Assembly (NCBI GenBank): GCA_964640415.1 | Contig: CAZXGQ010000002.1 | Coordinates: forward strand, 1,297 to 65,296 | Direction: 5' to 3' | From: an uncultured Prevotella sp. | GTDB taxonomy: Bacteria > Bacteroidota > Bacteroidia > Bacteroidales > Bacteroidaceae | DNA: 64,000 nt | In this document: positions 36,243 to 46,147 of the stretch, one piece after another | How the letters are laid out: each line of letters starts with the position of its first letter | How positions within the stretch are numbered: the first letter of the stretch is position 1 | Program-made: the position numbers and the translations under genes | Notes under the pieces: model-generated | What the model was told of the DNA's origin: nothing | The model's input: the letters and a program-made list of their open reading frames with translations, nothing else | Database searches by the model: none

Positions 36243-36279
36243 AAAAGAGAAGCGGTCGAATTTCGACCGCTTCTCTTTT
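36243..36279. terminator. Strong bidirectional terminator between tRNA-Pro and the DUF4252 gene
   Basis: AAAAGAGAAGCGGTCGAA T TTCGACCGCTTCTCTTTT, with A-run and T-run flanks on both strands. Confidence 0.8.
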
Positions 36280-36318
36280 TTGTTTTATACCTTTATGCTC
36301 AGTTTAATCTCCACAGTC

Positions 36319-36789
36319 TTAGTCGTTTACAAGGCCAATAAGCGCGGCTATGTCTTCCGAGTTGATTTCTCCTCCAAGCAGTATGGCCACACACGAGTTG
36401 TTTCCCGATGACAAGGCTACTACCTCCTTTATGATGTCGCCTTGCTGCTTTACCATAATAGTCATACCCTCGCTCTTGCCTTTCTTCATGCCGGTGAACT
36501 CGCTGTAACCATTGTCGTCGAGATCTTTGATCTTCTTCACGAACTTTTTCTTCACACTGCTTGAGCAGTCGGTGAGCTTCAGAATCTTTACCTCATCCAC
36601 TTCCTTGAGCAAGGCGTTGATGTTGCCATCCTTCATTTTGGCGGCAGCAATGGTAAGCATGAGCTTGGGCACACTGACGCACTCAGCGTTTTTCTTGTCC
36701 TTGAATTCACTGAACAGACTGCTGGCCTGCTGGCAGAAAGCCATTTGGCAAGTCAGCATCAATAATAATGTAAACAGAAGTTTTTTCAT
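36319..36789 (-). CDS. DUF4252 domain secreted protein
   Basis: 156 aa with a signal peptide. Its size and pattern (FxxFKDKKNAExVxVPKxMLxxAA...VKILKLTDCS) are typical of DUF4252. Confidence 0.7.
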   Translation of the reverse strand: MKKLLFTLLLMLTCQMAFCQQASSLFSEFKDKKNAECVSVPKLMLTIAAAKMKDGNINALLKEVDEVKILKLTDCSSSVKKKFVKKIKDLDDNGYSEFTGMKKGKSEGMTIMVKQQGDIIKEVVALSSGNNSCVAILLGGEINSEDIAALIGLVND

Positions 36790-36807
36790 GGTGTTATCGT
36801 TTTATCA

Positions 36808-37731
36808 CTAATATTCTATATAAGGTCTTAGACGCTCGAAATCGTCGGGCGTAAAATCCTTCATCAACTTTAACTGTTCTATATCGTGTATCTCGCCATA
36901 CAATCGCCTGTAGTCTACAATGGCTTTAGCCTGAAAATGATTGAGGTAAGGATGTCGCTTGAGCTGATTCACCGACAGTTTGTTGACGTTGAGCCTGTGC
37001 ACCGCTCCAGGGTCAACCTCAAAATAGTCCAACGCTTCCACGGGCATGTCTTGTATCTCAAGTAGCTGGCGGCTCGAGTAGAAACCGCCCAACATCTTCC
37101 TGAGTTTCACTATCTGCCCGGCGAAATATACACCTATGCCCGGCACTTTCTTGAGCATCGTAGTATCGGCCTCGTTCAGATCTATGTGCTCGCCCGGCTT
37201 CAGTTTCGCGGGATAGCGTTTGCCGGGCACACTGTCTGGAATACTTCCGTAAGTAGCGTTTTGGAATCCGCGTTCCGCATAAGGCTGGTAATCGGCGCCT
37301 ATGCGTACCAATGGCATAAGCTCACGATACTGCTTGTTGGTAAGTCCGTAGACGCGCGCAAAGTCCTCCTTCTTCCTGAACACGCCGCCTTTGGCCCGGT
37401 ATTTATAGATGCTCCGCACCTGCCAAGGCTCCAGGCCGAGGGCAAGCAGCTCCGTGGAGTCGGCAGTATTGGGGTCGAACGGGAAACGGCTCACGGCACG
37501 TCCCGGCACCGCATAATACTTGTTGCCTCTTCCGCGTCGGTATTCTTGATATCCATGGCGTCCTCCTGCCCTATCCACCACAGTCGAGTCGCTATCGCTA
37601 TTGCTGGTATACATTATTTCCTTGCCATGGAAGACCAGCAGGGCGAGGCTGACCGCTATCAGGAGCATCAGCAGAAAGCAAATGGCGCGACGGTCGGAGC
37701 GGCGAATGTAATGGAAATCGCGGAGGTGCAT
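36808..37731 (-). CDS. ComEA-like helix-hairpin-helix DNA-binding protein with N-terminal membrane anchor
   Basis: 307 aa with one N-terminal TM segment and three HhH-type units (FDPNTADSTELLALG, DLNEADTTMLKKVPGIGVYFAGQIV, NVNKLSVNQLKRHPYLNHFQAKAIV). Confidence 0.75.
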   Translation of the reverse strand: MHLRDFHYIRRSDRRAICFLLMLLIAVSLALLVFHGKEIMYTSNSDSDSTVVDRAGGRHGYQEYRRGRGNKYYAVPGRAVSRFPFDPNTADSTELLALGLEPWQVRSIYKYRAKGGVFRKKEDFARVYGLTNKQYRELMPLVRIGADYQPYAERGFQNATYGSIPDSVPGKRYPAKLKPGEHIDLNEADTTMLKKVPGIGVYFAGQIVKLRKMLGGFYSSRQLLEIQDMPVEALDYFEVDPGAVHRLNVNKLSVNQLKRHPYLNHFQAKAIVDYRRLYGEIHDIEQLKLMKDFTPDDFERLRPYIEY

Positions 37732-37735
37732 AAGG

Positions 37736-39079
37736 TCAGAACAATCCTAACTGGTGCAAGAACACGATGGCGATGCACAACGGCGAGACAAAACGCACGA
37801 GGAACAGCCAAATCTTGAAAGCTGCCACCGAGACCGTACCACAATTGGTAAACTCGTCTCTGACCAGCTTCTTGGGAGCGACCCAGCCAACGAGTATGCA
37901 GGTGGTAAACGAGCCAAGCGGAAGGAGAACGTTGGAGGTAAGGAAGTCGCAGAAGTTGAGGAAGGTTTTACCAAACACCGTGATGTCTACTGCGCCGCAC
38001 GACAGCGAGCAGGCAATGCCGATGACTATGGCTATAACGGTTTCCAGTGCGGCACCTTTCTTGCGTGACACGTGCAGCTCCTCAAAGAAGAGCGACGTGC
38101 CTATTTCATGCATGGAGATGGTCGACGTGAGTGCGGCCAGGGCAAGCAAAGCGTAGAACAACACACCGACCACATATCCAAGCACCGGCGTGAAAGCCTG
38201 CTGGAACACGTTGGGCAACGTGATGAATATAAGAGAAGGGCCGCTGTCGGGGTTGACGCCAACAGAGAATGCCGCAGGGAAGATCATCAGACCGGCAAGC
38301 ACTGCCACCAGAGTATCGACTATTGCCACCTTCACAGACGACTGCAACAAGTTGGTTTGGCGTGTGAAATAAGAAGAATAGGTGCAGAGGCACGCCGTGC
38401 CAAGCGACAAGGAGAAGAAAGCTTGCCCCAAACCGTCGAAGAAGACCTGGTGGTCAACCTTTGAAAAGTCGGGGTGGAAAAGGAACGTTATGCCTTTCCA
38501 CGAACCAGGCAACGTGCACGATGCCACCACAATGATGAGCAGCAAGACGAACAGTGTGGGCATGAGCACATTGCTCACCTTCTCTATGCCTCGTCTCACG
38601 CCACGCACCACTACAAGGTGTGTGAGCACGACAAAGGCAATGGTCCATACTACCGGCTCGACAGGCGATGACGTGAACTTGTTGAAGTATTCCTGCACAT
38701 AAGCTGCATCACCGTTGATGTTTCCCATGATGGAGGCAAAGAGATACTGCAGGCACCAACCGGCAATGACGGAATAGAAGCCCAGGATAATCAGCGAGGT
38801 TAGGGCACCTATGAAGCCAACGGCACCCCACGCCTTGCCGCCACCGGCACGGGCATACGAGCGGACGGCATTGGCGGAACCGTGACGGCCCACAACAAAC
38901 TCCGCTATCATGCCGGGCACACCGAGCAGAACTATGCACAAAAGATAAATGACGATGAACGCAGCGCCGCCGTTCTGACCTGTCATGTAGGGGAAGCGCC
39001 AAATGTTGCCCAGCCCGACAGCTGAGCCCGCGGTGGCCAGCACCACGCCTATCTTTGTTCCGAAGTTGCCTCTTTCCAT
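37736..39079 (-). CDS. Sodium-dependent transporter, neurotransmitter:sodium symporter (SNF) family, copy 2
   Basis: 447 aa with GSAVGLGNIWRFPYMTGQNGGAAF, the NSS family signature. Confidence 0.9.
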   Translation of the reverse strand: MERGNFGTKIGVVLATAGSAVGLGNIWRFPYMTGQNGGAAFIVIYLLCIVLLGVPGMIAEFVVGRHGSANAVRSYARAGGGKAWGAVGFIGALTSLIILGFYSVIAGWCLQYLFASIMGNINGDAAYVQEYFNKFTSSPVEPVVWTIAFVVLTHLVVVRGVRRGIEKVSNVLMPTLFVLLLIIVVASCTLPGSWKGITFLFHPDFSKVDHQVFFDGLGQAFFSLSLGTACLCTYSSYFTRQTNLLQSSVKVAIVDTLVAVLAGLMIFPAAFSVGVNPDSGPSLIFITLPNVFQQAFTPVLGYVVGVLFYALLALAALTSTISMHEIGTSLFFEELHVSRKKGAALETVIAIVIGIACSLSCGAVDITVFGKTFLNFCDFLTSNVLLPLGSFTTCILVGWVAPKKLVRDEFTNCGTVSVAAFKIWLFLVRFVSPLCIAIVFLHQLGLF

Positions 39080-39092
39080 AACTTGTGGGGTT

Positions 39093-40451
39093 TTAGATTA
39101 TGCCAAACTGGTGCAGGAATATCGCGATGATGAACAACGGCGCAACATAGCGCACGAGGAAGAGGTAACCCCCAAAGATGCCGCGCGACACCGTGCCCCA
39201 ATTGGTAAATTCGTCCTTGACCAGCTTCTTCGGCACGAACCAGCCAATGAACAGGCACGTGAGGAAACCACCGATTGGCAAGAATATTTGTCCGGTAACA
39301 AAATCGAAAACATCGAGCAACGACTTTCCGCCTATCTCCAACCCACTCCAATCGCCCAGCGACAATGAGCAGAATACACCGATAACGGTGCATGCCACGG
39401 TGACGATGACGGCACCTTTCTTGCGGGAGATGTGCAGCTCCTCGTAGAAGAACGCAGTAGACACCTCGTGCAGGGAAATCAACGACGTGAGGGCTGCCAA
39501 GGACAGCAAGAGATAGAACAGCAACGACACGACCCATCCCAGCAACGGCAAGCCCGCAAAGGCTTCGTTGAAGACATTGGGCAGCGTGATGAAAATCAAG
39601 GACGGACCGCTGTCGGGGCTTACGCCAACCGAAAATGCGGCAGGGAAAATCATAAGGCCGGCAAGAATCGCCACCATGGTGTCGATGGCACAAATCTGCA
39701 CTGCCGACTTCACGAGGTTGGTCTGACGCGTGAAATAAGAGGCGTAAGTGGAGATACAGCCCATGGCAATGCTCAACGAGAAGAAGCTCTGGCCCAATGC
39801 ACCGAGGAACACGCCGCCGTCTACCTTTGAGAAATCGGGCTTGAAAAGGAACTGCACACCCTTGCCCGCATCAGGCAAAAGACAGGCTGCGACAACGATG
39901 ACCAGCAGCAATATAAACAATGTCGGCATCATCATCTTTGAGGCTTTCTCTATTCCGCCCCTGACACCGTGGATGATGACAAAATGGGTTATAAGCATTA
40001 TGAGCACGAGCCAGAACAATGGCTGCACCGGACTGGAAGAGAAATCCACGAAGTATTGCTTCACGTAATTGGCGTCGCCGCTCAACTGTCCCATTATTGA
40101 GGCATAGACATATTGCAGGCACCAGCCGGAAATGACAGCATAGTAGCCCGTAATCAAGAAGCCCGTGAGCACGCCAAGCAATCCCACGAACTTCCACGCC
40201 GTGCCGTGCGCCATGCACGAATAGGCGCGGTAGGTGTTGGCTGCTCCATGCCTGCCGATGATGAACTCAGACACCATGCAGGGGATGCCGAACAGCAACA
40301 CGCAACCGATATAAATCAATATGAATACGGCGCCACCATTCTGACCCGTCATATACGGGAAACGCCAAATGTTACCCAGTCCCACGGCACCGCCTGCCGT
40401 GGCAAGTATCATTCCAATCTTACTGCCGAAACTGGCTCTTTCTTCTGACAT
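39093..40451 (-). CDS. Sodium-dependent transporter, SNF family, copy 1 (tandem paralog)
   Basis: 452 aa with GGAVGLGNIWRFPYMTGQNGGAVF. It aligns along its whole length with the downstream paralog. Confidence 0.9.
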   Translation of the reverse strand: MSEERASFGSKIGMILATAGGAVGLGNIWRFPYMTGQNGGAVFILIYIGCVLLFGIPCMVSEFIIGRHGAANTYRAYSCMAHGTAWKFVGLLGVLTGFLITGYYAVISGWCLQYVYASIMGQLSGDANYVKQYFVDFSSSPVQPLFWLVLIMLITHFVIIHGVRGGIEKASKMMMPTLFILLLVIVVAACLLPDAGKGVQFLFKPDFSKVDGGVFLGALGQSFFSLSIAMGCISTYASYFTRQTNLVKSAVQICAIDTMVAILAGLMIFPAAFSVGVSPDSGPSLIFITLPNVFNEAFAGLPLLGWVVSLLFYLLLSLAALTSLISLHEVSTAFFYEELHISRKKGAVIVTVACTVIGVFCSLSLGDWSGLEIGGKSLLDVFDFVTGQIFLPIGGFLTCLFIGWFVPKKLVKDEFTNWGTVSRGIFGGYLFLVRYVAPLFIIAIFLHQFGII

Positions 40452-40576
40452 ATAATTTTGCTCTCTCTATTTTTCGTGCAAAATTATAAAATATTATCCT
40501 TCCATTCAAACAAATTGAAAGTTTTTAGCGGACAATACTGAAGATTGCATCGCAGCAGGCTACCAACCTGCTATAT

Positions 40577-41077
40577 TTACCTGTATTCTTCAGGAACCAG
40601 TTGCCGCCAGGCTGAATAGGGATTGGCAAGCATGTAAGAGTTGTAGAAATGCCTGTCACCCGTAACCTCCGGGCCGATGAAACCGGGCTTATCGAAGGCT
40701 TCGTCCTCACTTCCAAGCTCCACCTCCGCCATCACGAGACCATCGTTGGCACCATGAAACTCGTCAACCTCAAAGGTGTGGCTGCCCGAGCCCACAAGGT
40801 AACGGTGCTTGTCTATCACGCCCCCCTTGCACAGCTTCATGAGCTGCGACGCCTCGTCGAGCGTTATCTCCTTCTCAAACTCGTAGCGTGTCATGCCGCG
40901 GTCGCGGCTCTTGCCCTTAATGGTCAGATATGCCTTGTCGTCGCGCACCCGCACCCTCACCGTGGCACCGTCGGCAGGGATATAGCCTTGCTGGATATGG
41001 CTCACCGAAGAAGCCTCACGCTTAAAGGCACCGCCATGCTTCACCAAAAACTTGCGTTCTATCTCCAATCCGCTCAT
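40577..41077 (-). CDS. CYTH-domain protein (triphosphate tunnel metalloenzyme / CyaB-like)
   Basis: 166 aa starting MSGLEIERKFLV (ExExK signature), with the later EVEF / EVEL acidic motifs. Confidence 0.85.
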   Translation of the reverse strand: MSGLEIERKFLVKHGGAFKREASSVSHIQQGYIPADGATVRVRVRDDKAYLTIKGKSRDRGMTRYEFEKEITLDEASQLMKLCKGGVIDKHRYLVGSGSHTFEVDEFHGANDGLVMAEVELGSEDEAFDKPGFIGPEVTGDRHFYNSYMLANPYSAWRQLVPEEYR

Positions 41078-41121
41078 TGCTTGTCTTTTTAAAATCTGCT
41101 TTATAATGAATCAAACACAAA

Positions 41122-41148
41122 AAAGGCGGCCCAAAGTGAGCCGCCTTT
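41122..41148 (-). terminator. Rho-independent terminator after the 64-aa gene
   Basis: AAAGGCGGC ... GCCGCCTTT. On the minus strand it is followed by TTTTTGTGTTTG. Confidence 0.7.
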
Positions 41149-41156
41149 CATTATTG

Positions 41157-41351
41157 TTACTGAACGATGAACACTGTCCAAATCATATAGATGATGGCAA
41201 GGGCGACGAGGACTCCGAAAATCCATTTCACCACGTTCTCGCCCTGGCTCTTCTGTTTGTCCTGGTGATCCACGCGCTTCTTTACGGGGGCTGCAGTGTT
41301 GACCTCCCTCACAGGCACGTGCTTCTTCTGTTCTTTCTTATTGTTTCCCAT
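41157..41351 (-). CDS. Hypothetical small tail-anchored membrane protein
   Basis: 64 aa with an ATG start. A lysine-rich N-terminal half is followed by one C-terminal TM segment (WIFGVLVALAIIYMIWTVFIV). It has its own terminator. Confidence 0.55.
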   Translation of the reverse strand: MGNNKKEQKKHVPVREVNTAAPVKKRVDHQDKQKSQGENVVKWIFGVLVALAIIYMIWTVFIVQ

Positions 41352-41611
41352 AGTGTATGTGTTTTAGTTTCCTGTATCGAAATGCACACCGCTTATAAAT
41401 AAGCCTTTTGTGTGAGCGTGCTGCAAATATGCCGCGGATATGGGGACAAGCAACGATAAGCAAACACGCACTCTACGAGTGCAAAGTTAATGGTTTACAA
41501 AGAAAATGCCAAATGAAATACAGCAAATAAAGATAAAAATCCATAAGAGCTGATTACATCTTTTGGCAATACTTTGATTTTAGATTAACTTTGTGGGAAA
41601 ATGCAAGGACA

Positions 41612-42739
41612 ATGGACAAGATAAGTGCTCAATACAATAAAGCCGTACAACTAATCAAGTCGGCCATACTTCAAAACCAGTTGGAAGCTGCCAAAGCTGT
41701 CAACCGTCAGATGCTCGCCCTATATTATGGAGTGGGGAAGTATGTCTCTGACAATACACGTAAAGGTGTTTGGGGTACGGGAGCTATTGAGACGATTAGT
41801 GAGCAACTTAGGAGAGAGCTACCCGGGTTGCGGGGATTTGGCGTGTCGAACATAAAAAATATGCGACAGTTTTATGAGTCTTGGAGTTTGATTATAAATC
41901 GCCAGCCAACGGCTGACGATTTACAGTCGTCTGACGACAAGGATGTTTTGCCATCAAATGCACTACTACAAGTAAATCGCCGGCCATTGGCTGGCGATTT
42001 GGATTGGCATGATTTCTTTGCCTTGAGTTTTACACACCATTGCGAGATATTATCCAAGACCAAGACACTTGAAGAACGTGTGTTCTATATCCATCAGGCT
42101 GCGACATTGCATTGGGACAAGTATACGCTTCGTGACAATCTGAAGGCCGACTTGTTCCATCATCAGTCACAGATGCCAAGCAACTTTGCCAAGACCATGC
42201 CAACGACACGTCATGCTCTGAAAGCCATATCAATGTTCAAGGATGATTACCTGCTTGACTTCATCAATGTTGAGGAACTTGACGAACGGAATCCGCAGGA
42301 CATTGACGAGCGGATTATTGAAAATTCAATCGTGGCTAATGTCAAGAACTTCATCCTAACATTCGGCAAGGACTTTACGTTTATGGGCAATCAGGTACAT
42401 ATCGACAAGTTCGGACATGACCATTGGGTTGATTTGCTGTTCTTTAACCGAGAGTTGCAATGCCTTGTCGTGTTTGAGTTGAAGAAAGGTGCTTTCAAGC
42501 CAGCCTATCTTGGTCAACTTTCGGCCTATATCCGTATGCTCAACGATAACGAGCGCAAGCCCCATGAAAACCCGACAATAGGAATAGTGCTTTGCCGTGA
42601 TGCCGACAAGACATACGTCGAGTATCTTCTTCAAGACTACACCCAGCCAATGGGCGTGGCAACTTATAAGGTGATGCCGGAGGAACTAAAGAAGATTCTT
42701 CCTCCTGAGGAAGAGTTCAAGAAGATACTTGAAGGTTGA
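41612..42739 (+). CDS. YhcG/DUF1016 family PDDEXK nuclease
   Basis: Start taken at ATG 41612. It has the N-terminal DUF1016 pattern (YYGVGKYVSDN...WGTGAIETISEQLRRELPGLRGFGVSNIKNMRQFYESW) and a C-terminal D..E.K nuclease core (VDLLFFNRELQCLVVFELKKG). Confidence 0.85.
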   Translation: MDKISAQYNKAVQLIKSAILQNQLEAAKAVNRQMLALYYGVGKYVSDNTRKGVWGTGAIETISEQLRRELPGLRGFGVSNIKNMRQFYESWSLIINRQPTADDLQSSDDKDVLPSNALLQVNRRPLAGDLDWHDFFALSFTHHCEILSKTKTLEERVFYIHQAATLHWDKYTLRDNLKADLFHHQSQMPSNFAKTMPTTRHALKAISMFKDDYLLDFINVEELDERNPQDIDERIIENSIVANVKNFILTFGKDFTFMGNQVHIDKFGHDHWVDLLFFNRELQCLVVFELKKGAFKPAYLGQLSAYIRMLNDNERKPHENPTIGIVLCRDADKTYVEYLLQDYTQPMGVATYKVMPEELKKILPPEEEFKKILEG

Positions 42740-42937
42740 GTTACAAAAAAAATCGACCTATAGGTCAAGAAATAGCCGACAATATTGCCAACTTGCGCCA
42801 GCAAGCAAAAGAACTGCAAGCAGAAGGCAAGCAAATATTAGAAAATGCCAAGAAAGAAGTTGAACATATGATAATAGGGCAATACAGCTAATGGACATAC
42901 ATAACATTCACGCAAGCCAATAGCCCTATACAACGCA

Positions 42938-42971
42938 AAAAGCGTGCAACTCACCAGAGCTGCACGCTTTT
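42938..42971 (+). terminator. Hairpin plus T-run downstream of the YhcG islet
   Basis: AAAAGCGTGCA ... TGCACGCTTTT followed by ATTTATTGTTTATTTT. Confidence 0.6.
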
Positions 42972-43052
42972 ATTTATTGTTTATTTTGTGTTTTCTTTTA
43001 GGCACTTATGTCATTTCTTCTAACCAAGCGAGCTTTGCTTTGCCTTGCCTCG

Positions 43053-44183
43053 TCAGTCTTCCTTCTGGGCATCGCTCTCGGCAAACTCCATGAGGTAAGC
43101 CTTGATGAATCCGTCTATCTTGCCGTCCATCACGCCGTCCACGTCAGAGGTCTGATATCCTGTGCGATGGTCTTTCACGCGACGGTCGTCGAACACGTAG
43201 CTTCGGATCTGGCTTCCCCACTCTATCTTTTTCTTTCCGGCCTCAATTTTGGCCTTGGCAGCCTGCTGCTTCTTCAGAGCCCGGTCGTAGAGCTGGCTCT
43301 TCAAGAGCTTCATTGCCTTCTCGCGGTTCTTCGGCTGGTCGCGCGTCTCGGTGTTCTCAATGAGGATTTCCTCTTTCTCGCCCGTGTCGGGGTCTTCGTA
43401 TTGGTAGCGCAGACGCACGCCCGACTCCACCTTGTTCACGTTCTGTCCGCCTGCACCACTTGAGCGGAACGTGTCCCAGCTCACCTTGGCAGGATCAACA
43501 TACACCTCGATAGTGTCGTCGACCAAAGGCGTCACGAAAACCGACGCGAAGCTCGTCATGCGCTTGCCCTGGGCGTTGTAGGGCGATACGCGCACCAGAC
43601 GGTGGACGCCGTTCTCGCTCTTCAGGTAGCCATAGGCATACTCACCGCCCTCGATGGTCATCGTCATGCTCTTCACGCCCACTTCCTCGCCCGGCTGCAA
43701 GTCGGTAATGGTGGTCTTGTATCCGTTGGCCTCGCACCAGCGCATATACATGCGCATGAGCATCGACGCCCAATCCTGTGCCTCCGTGCCGCCGGCGCCG
43801 GAATTGATTTTCAGCACAGCGTCCATGGAGTCCTCTTCCTGGCGGAGCATGTTCATAAGCTCAAGGTCCTCTATGCACTTCATGGCCTTGGCATAATCGG
43901 CATCAACCTCCTCCTCGGTAACGAGTTCCTCTTTATAGTAGTCAAAGGCGAGCTGCAACTCTTCGGCATTCTGCTTGCATTGCTTGTAGCCGTCAAGCCA
44001 TTTCTCTATGCCTTTCACTTTCTTCATCTGCGCCTCAGCACTTTTGGGGTCATCCCAGAAGTCAGGAGCCTGTGTGCGCAGCTGCTCCTCCTCGAATTCT
44101 ACTTTCTTCTGGTCAATATTGAGATAGTGGTGAAGCTTTTCGGTGCGCTCCAACACGTCTTTCAGTTGATCTGATGTTATCAT
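43053..44183 (-). CDS. prfB: Peptide chain release factor 2, encoded in a single uninterrupted frame
   Basis: 376 aa with GGQ (SGAGGQNVNKVESGVR) and an RF2-type recognition loop RVSPYNAQGKRMTSF. It aligns with E. coli RF2 from memory. Confidence 0.95.
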   Translation of the reverse strand: MITSDQLKDVLERTEKLHHYLNIDQKKVEFEEEQLRTQAPDFWDDPKSAEAQMKKVKGIEKWLDGYKQCKQNAEELQLAFDYYKEELVTEEEVDADYAKAMKCIEDLELMNMLRQEEDSMDAVLKINSGAGGTEAQDWASMLMRMYMRWCEANGYKTTITDLQPGEEVGVKSMTMTIEGGEYAYGYLKSENGVHRLVRVSPYNAQGKRMTSFASVFVTPLVDDTIEVYVDPAKVSWDTFRSSGAGGQNVNKVESGVRLRYQYEDPDTGEKEEILIENTETRDQPKNREKAMKLLKSQLYDRALKKQQAAKAKIEAGKKKIEWGSQIRSYVFDDRRVKDHRTGYQTSDVDGVMDGKIDGFIKAYLMEFAESDAQKED

Positions 44184-44188
44184 TTCGT

Positions 44189-46024
44189 TTATTTCGTTAT
44201 TACTCCGTCTGATGGCGTATTGGCGTACATGCCATCTATGATATCCTTATAATGCTCGTTGACCACACCGCGGCGCAGCTTCAGGGTGTTGGTCATCTCA
44301 CCCTTCTCCATGGAGAAATGATGGGGCAGCAAGGTGAACCGCTTTATCTGCTCATAGTGTGCGAGGCTCTGCTGAAGGATGCCGATGCGTTCCATCATCA
44401 TCGCATTCACCTCCTTGTTCTTGCACAGCTCAACCCTGTCGGCAAACTTTATGCCACGTTCCCTCGCCCATTCCTCAACAATGCCGTACTCCGGCACCAC
44501 AAGGGCGGAAACGAACTTGCGCTGGTCGGCTATGACGGCTACCTGATCAACAAATTTGTCAACAAGCAAGAGTGCCTCTATCATCTGAGGGGCTACATAC
44601 TTGCCGTTGCTGGTCTTGAACAGGTCTTTGATGCGCTCGGTGAGGAAGAGCTCGCCGTTCTTGACGTAACCGGCGTCGCCGGTATGGAAGAATCCGTCTT
44701 CGTCGAAGGCTGCCTTGTTCTGTTCGGGGCGCTTGTAATAGCCCTTGGTGATAGTCGGGCCTTTCAGCAATATCTCGCTGTTCTCGCCTATCTTTATTTC
44801 TATGCCATTGATTGGCTGGCCTACAGAGCCTATGGTGTAGCCCTCGTCCAAATGGTTGCACGACACCGTGGCAAGGCTCTCGGTCAATCCGTAGCCCACG
44901 ACCATTCCTATGCCAATGCTGTGAACAAACTCCTGCACGTCGGGTGAGACGTAGGCTCCTGCCGTGGGGAAGATGTTTGGATGCTCCAGACCCAGCTGGC
45001 CTCTTACAAGGCTCAACACGGTCTTGTTGGCGACAGCATATTCAAGGCGGAGCGCCAATGGCGGACGCTTGCCCTTGGCGAGATAGTCGATGTTGTATTT
45101 CTTGCCTATGCTCCATGCCCGGTTGAACATCTTCTGCTGGACAACGCCCGAGCGGTCGATCTTTGCCTTGACAGCCTGATACACTTTCTCCCAGAAGCGG
45201 GGAACGCTCGACATGCACGTCGGATGGGTCTCGCGCATCGACTGCTGAATCTTGTGGGGATCGTTGTTGACAATGAGCGTACAGCCTTCGCTGATGGCCA
45301 GGTAAGCCCATCCGCGCTCAAAGATATGAGTGAACGGCAGGAAGTTGATCACCCGGTCGTTCTCGCCTATTGGCACACACTCGTCGTTGGCTTTAAGCGC
45401 TGCACGGTATTGCCCGTAGGTAAGCATCACGCCCTTCGAATCACCTGTCGTACCGCTGGTATAAAGGATGTTGCACAGGTCGTCGTCGTTGGCTTCCTTC
45501 CACAATGCCTCAACCTCATCCTCGTGGGCCAAATCCTCGCCAAGCTTTATGAAGTCGTCAAAATACATGGCCCCGGGGTCGTGCTGGCTCAGGTGCACAC
45601 GGCGGTCGAACACAATGATGCGTTCCAGCGAAGAACAAACCGAATGGATGTTATGGGCCTTGTCGTATTGCTCCTGCTCGCCAACAAAGAGAAGGCGAAC
45701 ACCGGCATCGTTGACCATATACTGGACTTGCTGGCCTGACGTGGTGGCATAGAAAGGAATGGATGCCACACGAATGCCATAGGCTCCGAAGTCGGTGTAA
45801 AGATACTCGGCGCAGTTTTGTGAGAAAACGCCTATCTTGTCTTGGGGCTTTAGGCCAAGGGCAAGAAGTGCATTGCTTACTTTCTTGACATTTTCCGAAA
45901 ACTGGTTCCATGACACGTCAGTCCACTGAGAACCACCGAAGTCTTGACGGATCAAAGCTGTACGCTTGCCATATTTTTTTGCCTGAGAGTGAATAAGCAC
46001 AGACAGGTGAGACCTGTTTTGCAT
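44189..46024 (-). CDS. AMP-dependent long-chain fatty acid-CoA ligase
   Basis: 611 aa with AMP-binding motifs YTSGTTGDSKGV, GYGLTES and TGDAGYV. Confidence 0.85.
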   Translation of the reverse strand: MQNRSHLSVLIHSQAKKYGKRTALIRQDFGGSQWTDVSWNQFSENVKKVSNALLALGLKPQDKIGVFSQNCAEYLYTDFGAYGIRVASIPFYATTSGQQVQYMVNDAGVRLLFVGEQEQYDKAHNIHSVCSSLERIIVFDRRVHLSQHDPGAMYFDDFIKLGEDLAHEDEVEALWKEANDDDLCNILYTSGTTGDSKGVMLTYGQYRAALKANDECVPIGENDRVINFLPFTHIFERGWAYLAISEGCTLIVNNDPHKIQQSMRETHPTCMSSVPRFWEKVYQAVKAKIDRSGVVQQKMFNRAWSIGKKYNIDYLAKGKRPPLALRLEYAVANKTVLSLVRGQLGLEHPNIFPTAGAYVSPDVQEFVHSIGIGMVVGYGLTESLATVSCNHLDEGYTIGSVGQPINGIEIKIGENSEILLKGPTITKGYYKRPEQNKAAFDEDGFFHTGDAGYVKNGELFLTERIKDLFKTSNGKYVAPQMIEALLLVDKFVDQVAVIADQRKFVSALVVPEYGIVEEWARERGIKFADRVELCKNKEVNAMMMERIGILQQSLAHYEQIKRFTLLPHHFSMEKGEMTNTLKLRRGVVNEHYKDIIDGMYANTPSDGVITK

Positions 46025-46147
46025 AAGCTAAAGTGTTATTTTATGCAAAGATAAAATATAAATGTGATATATTCAAGTATTATTAAATGTTTTTTTTAAT
46101 TTTGCCGCAAAGCAACACTATAAAGTTGATATAATAGCAGATAAGGA

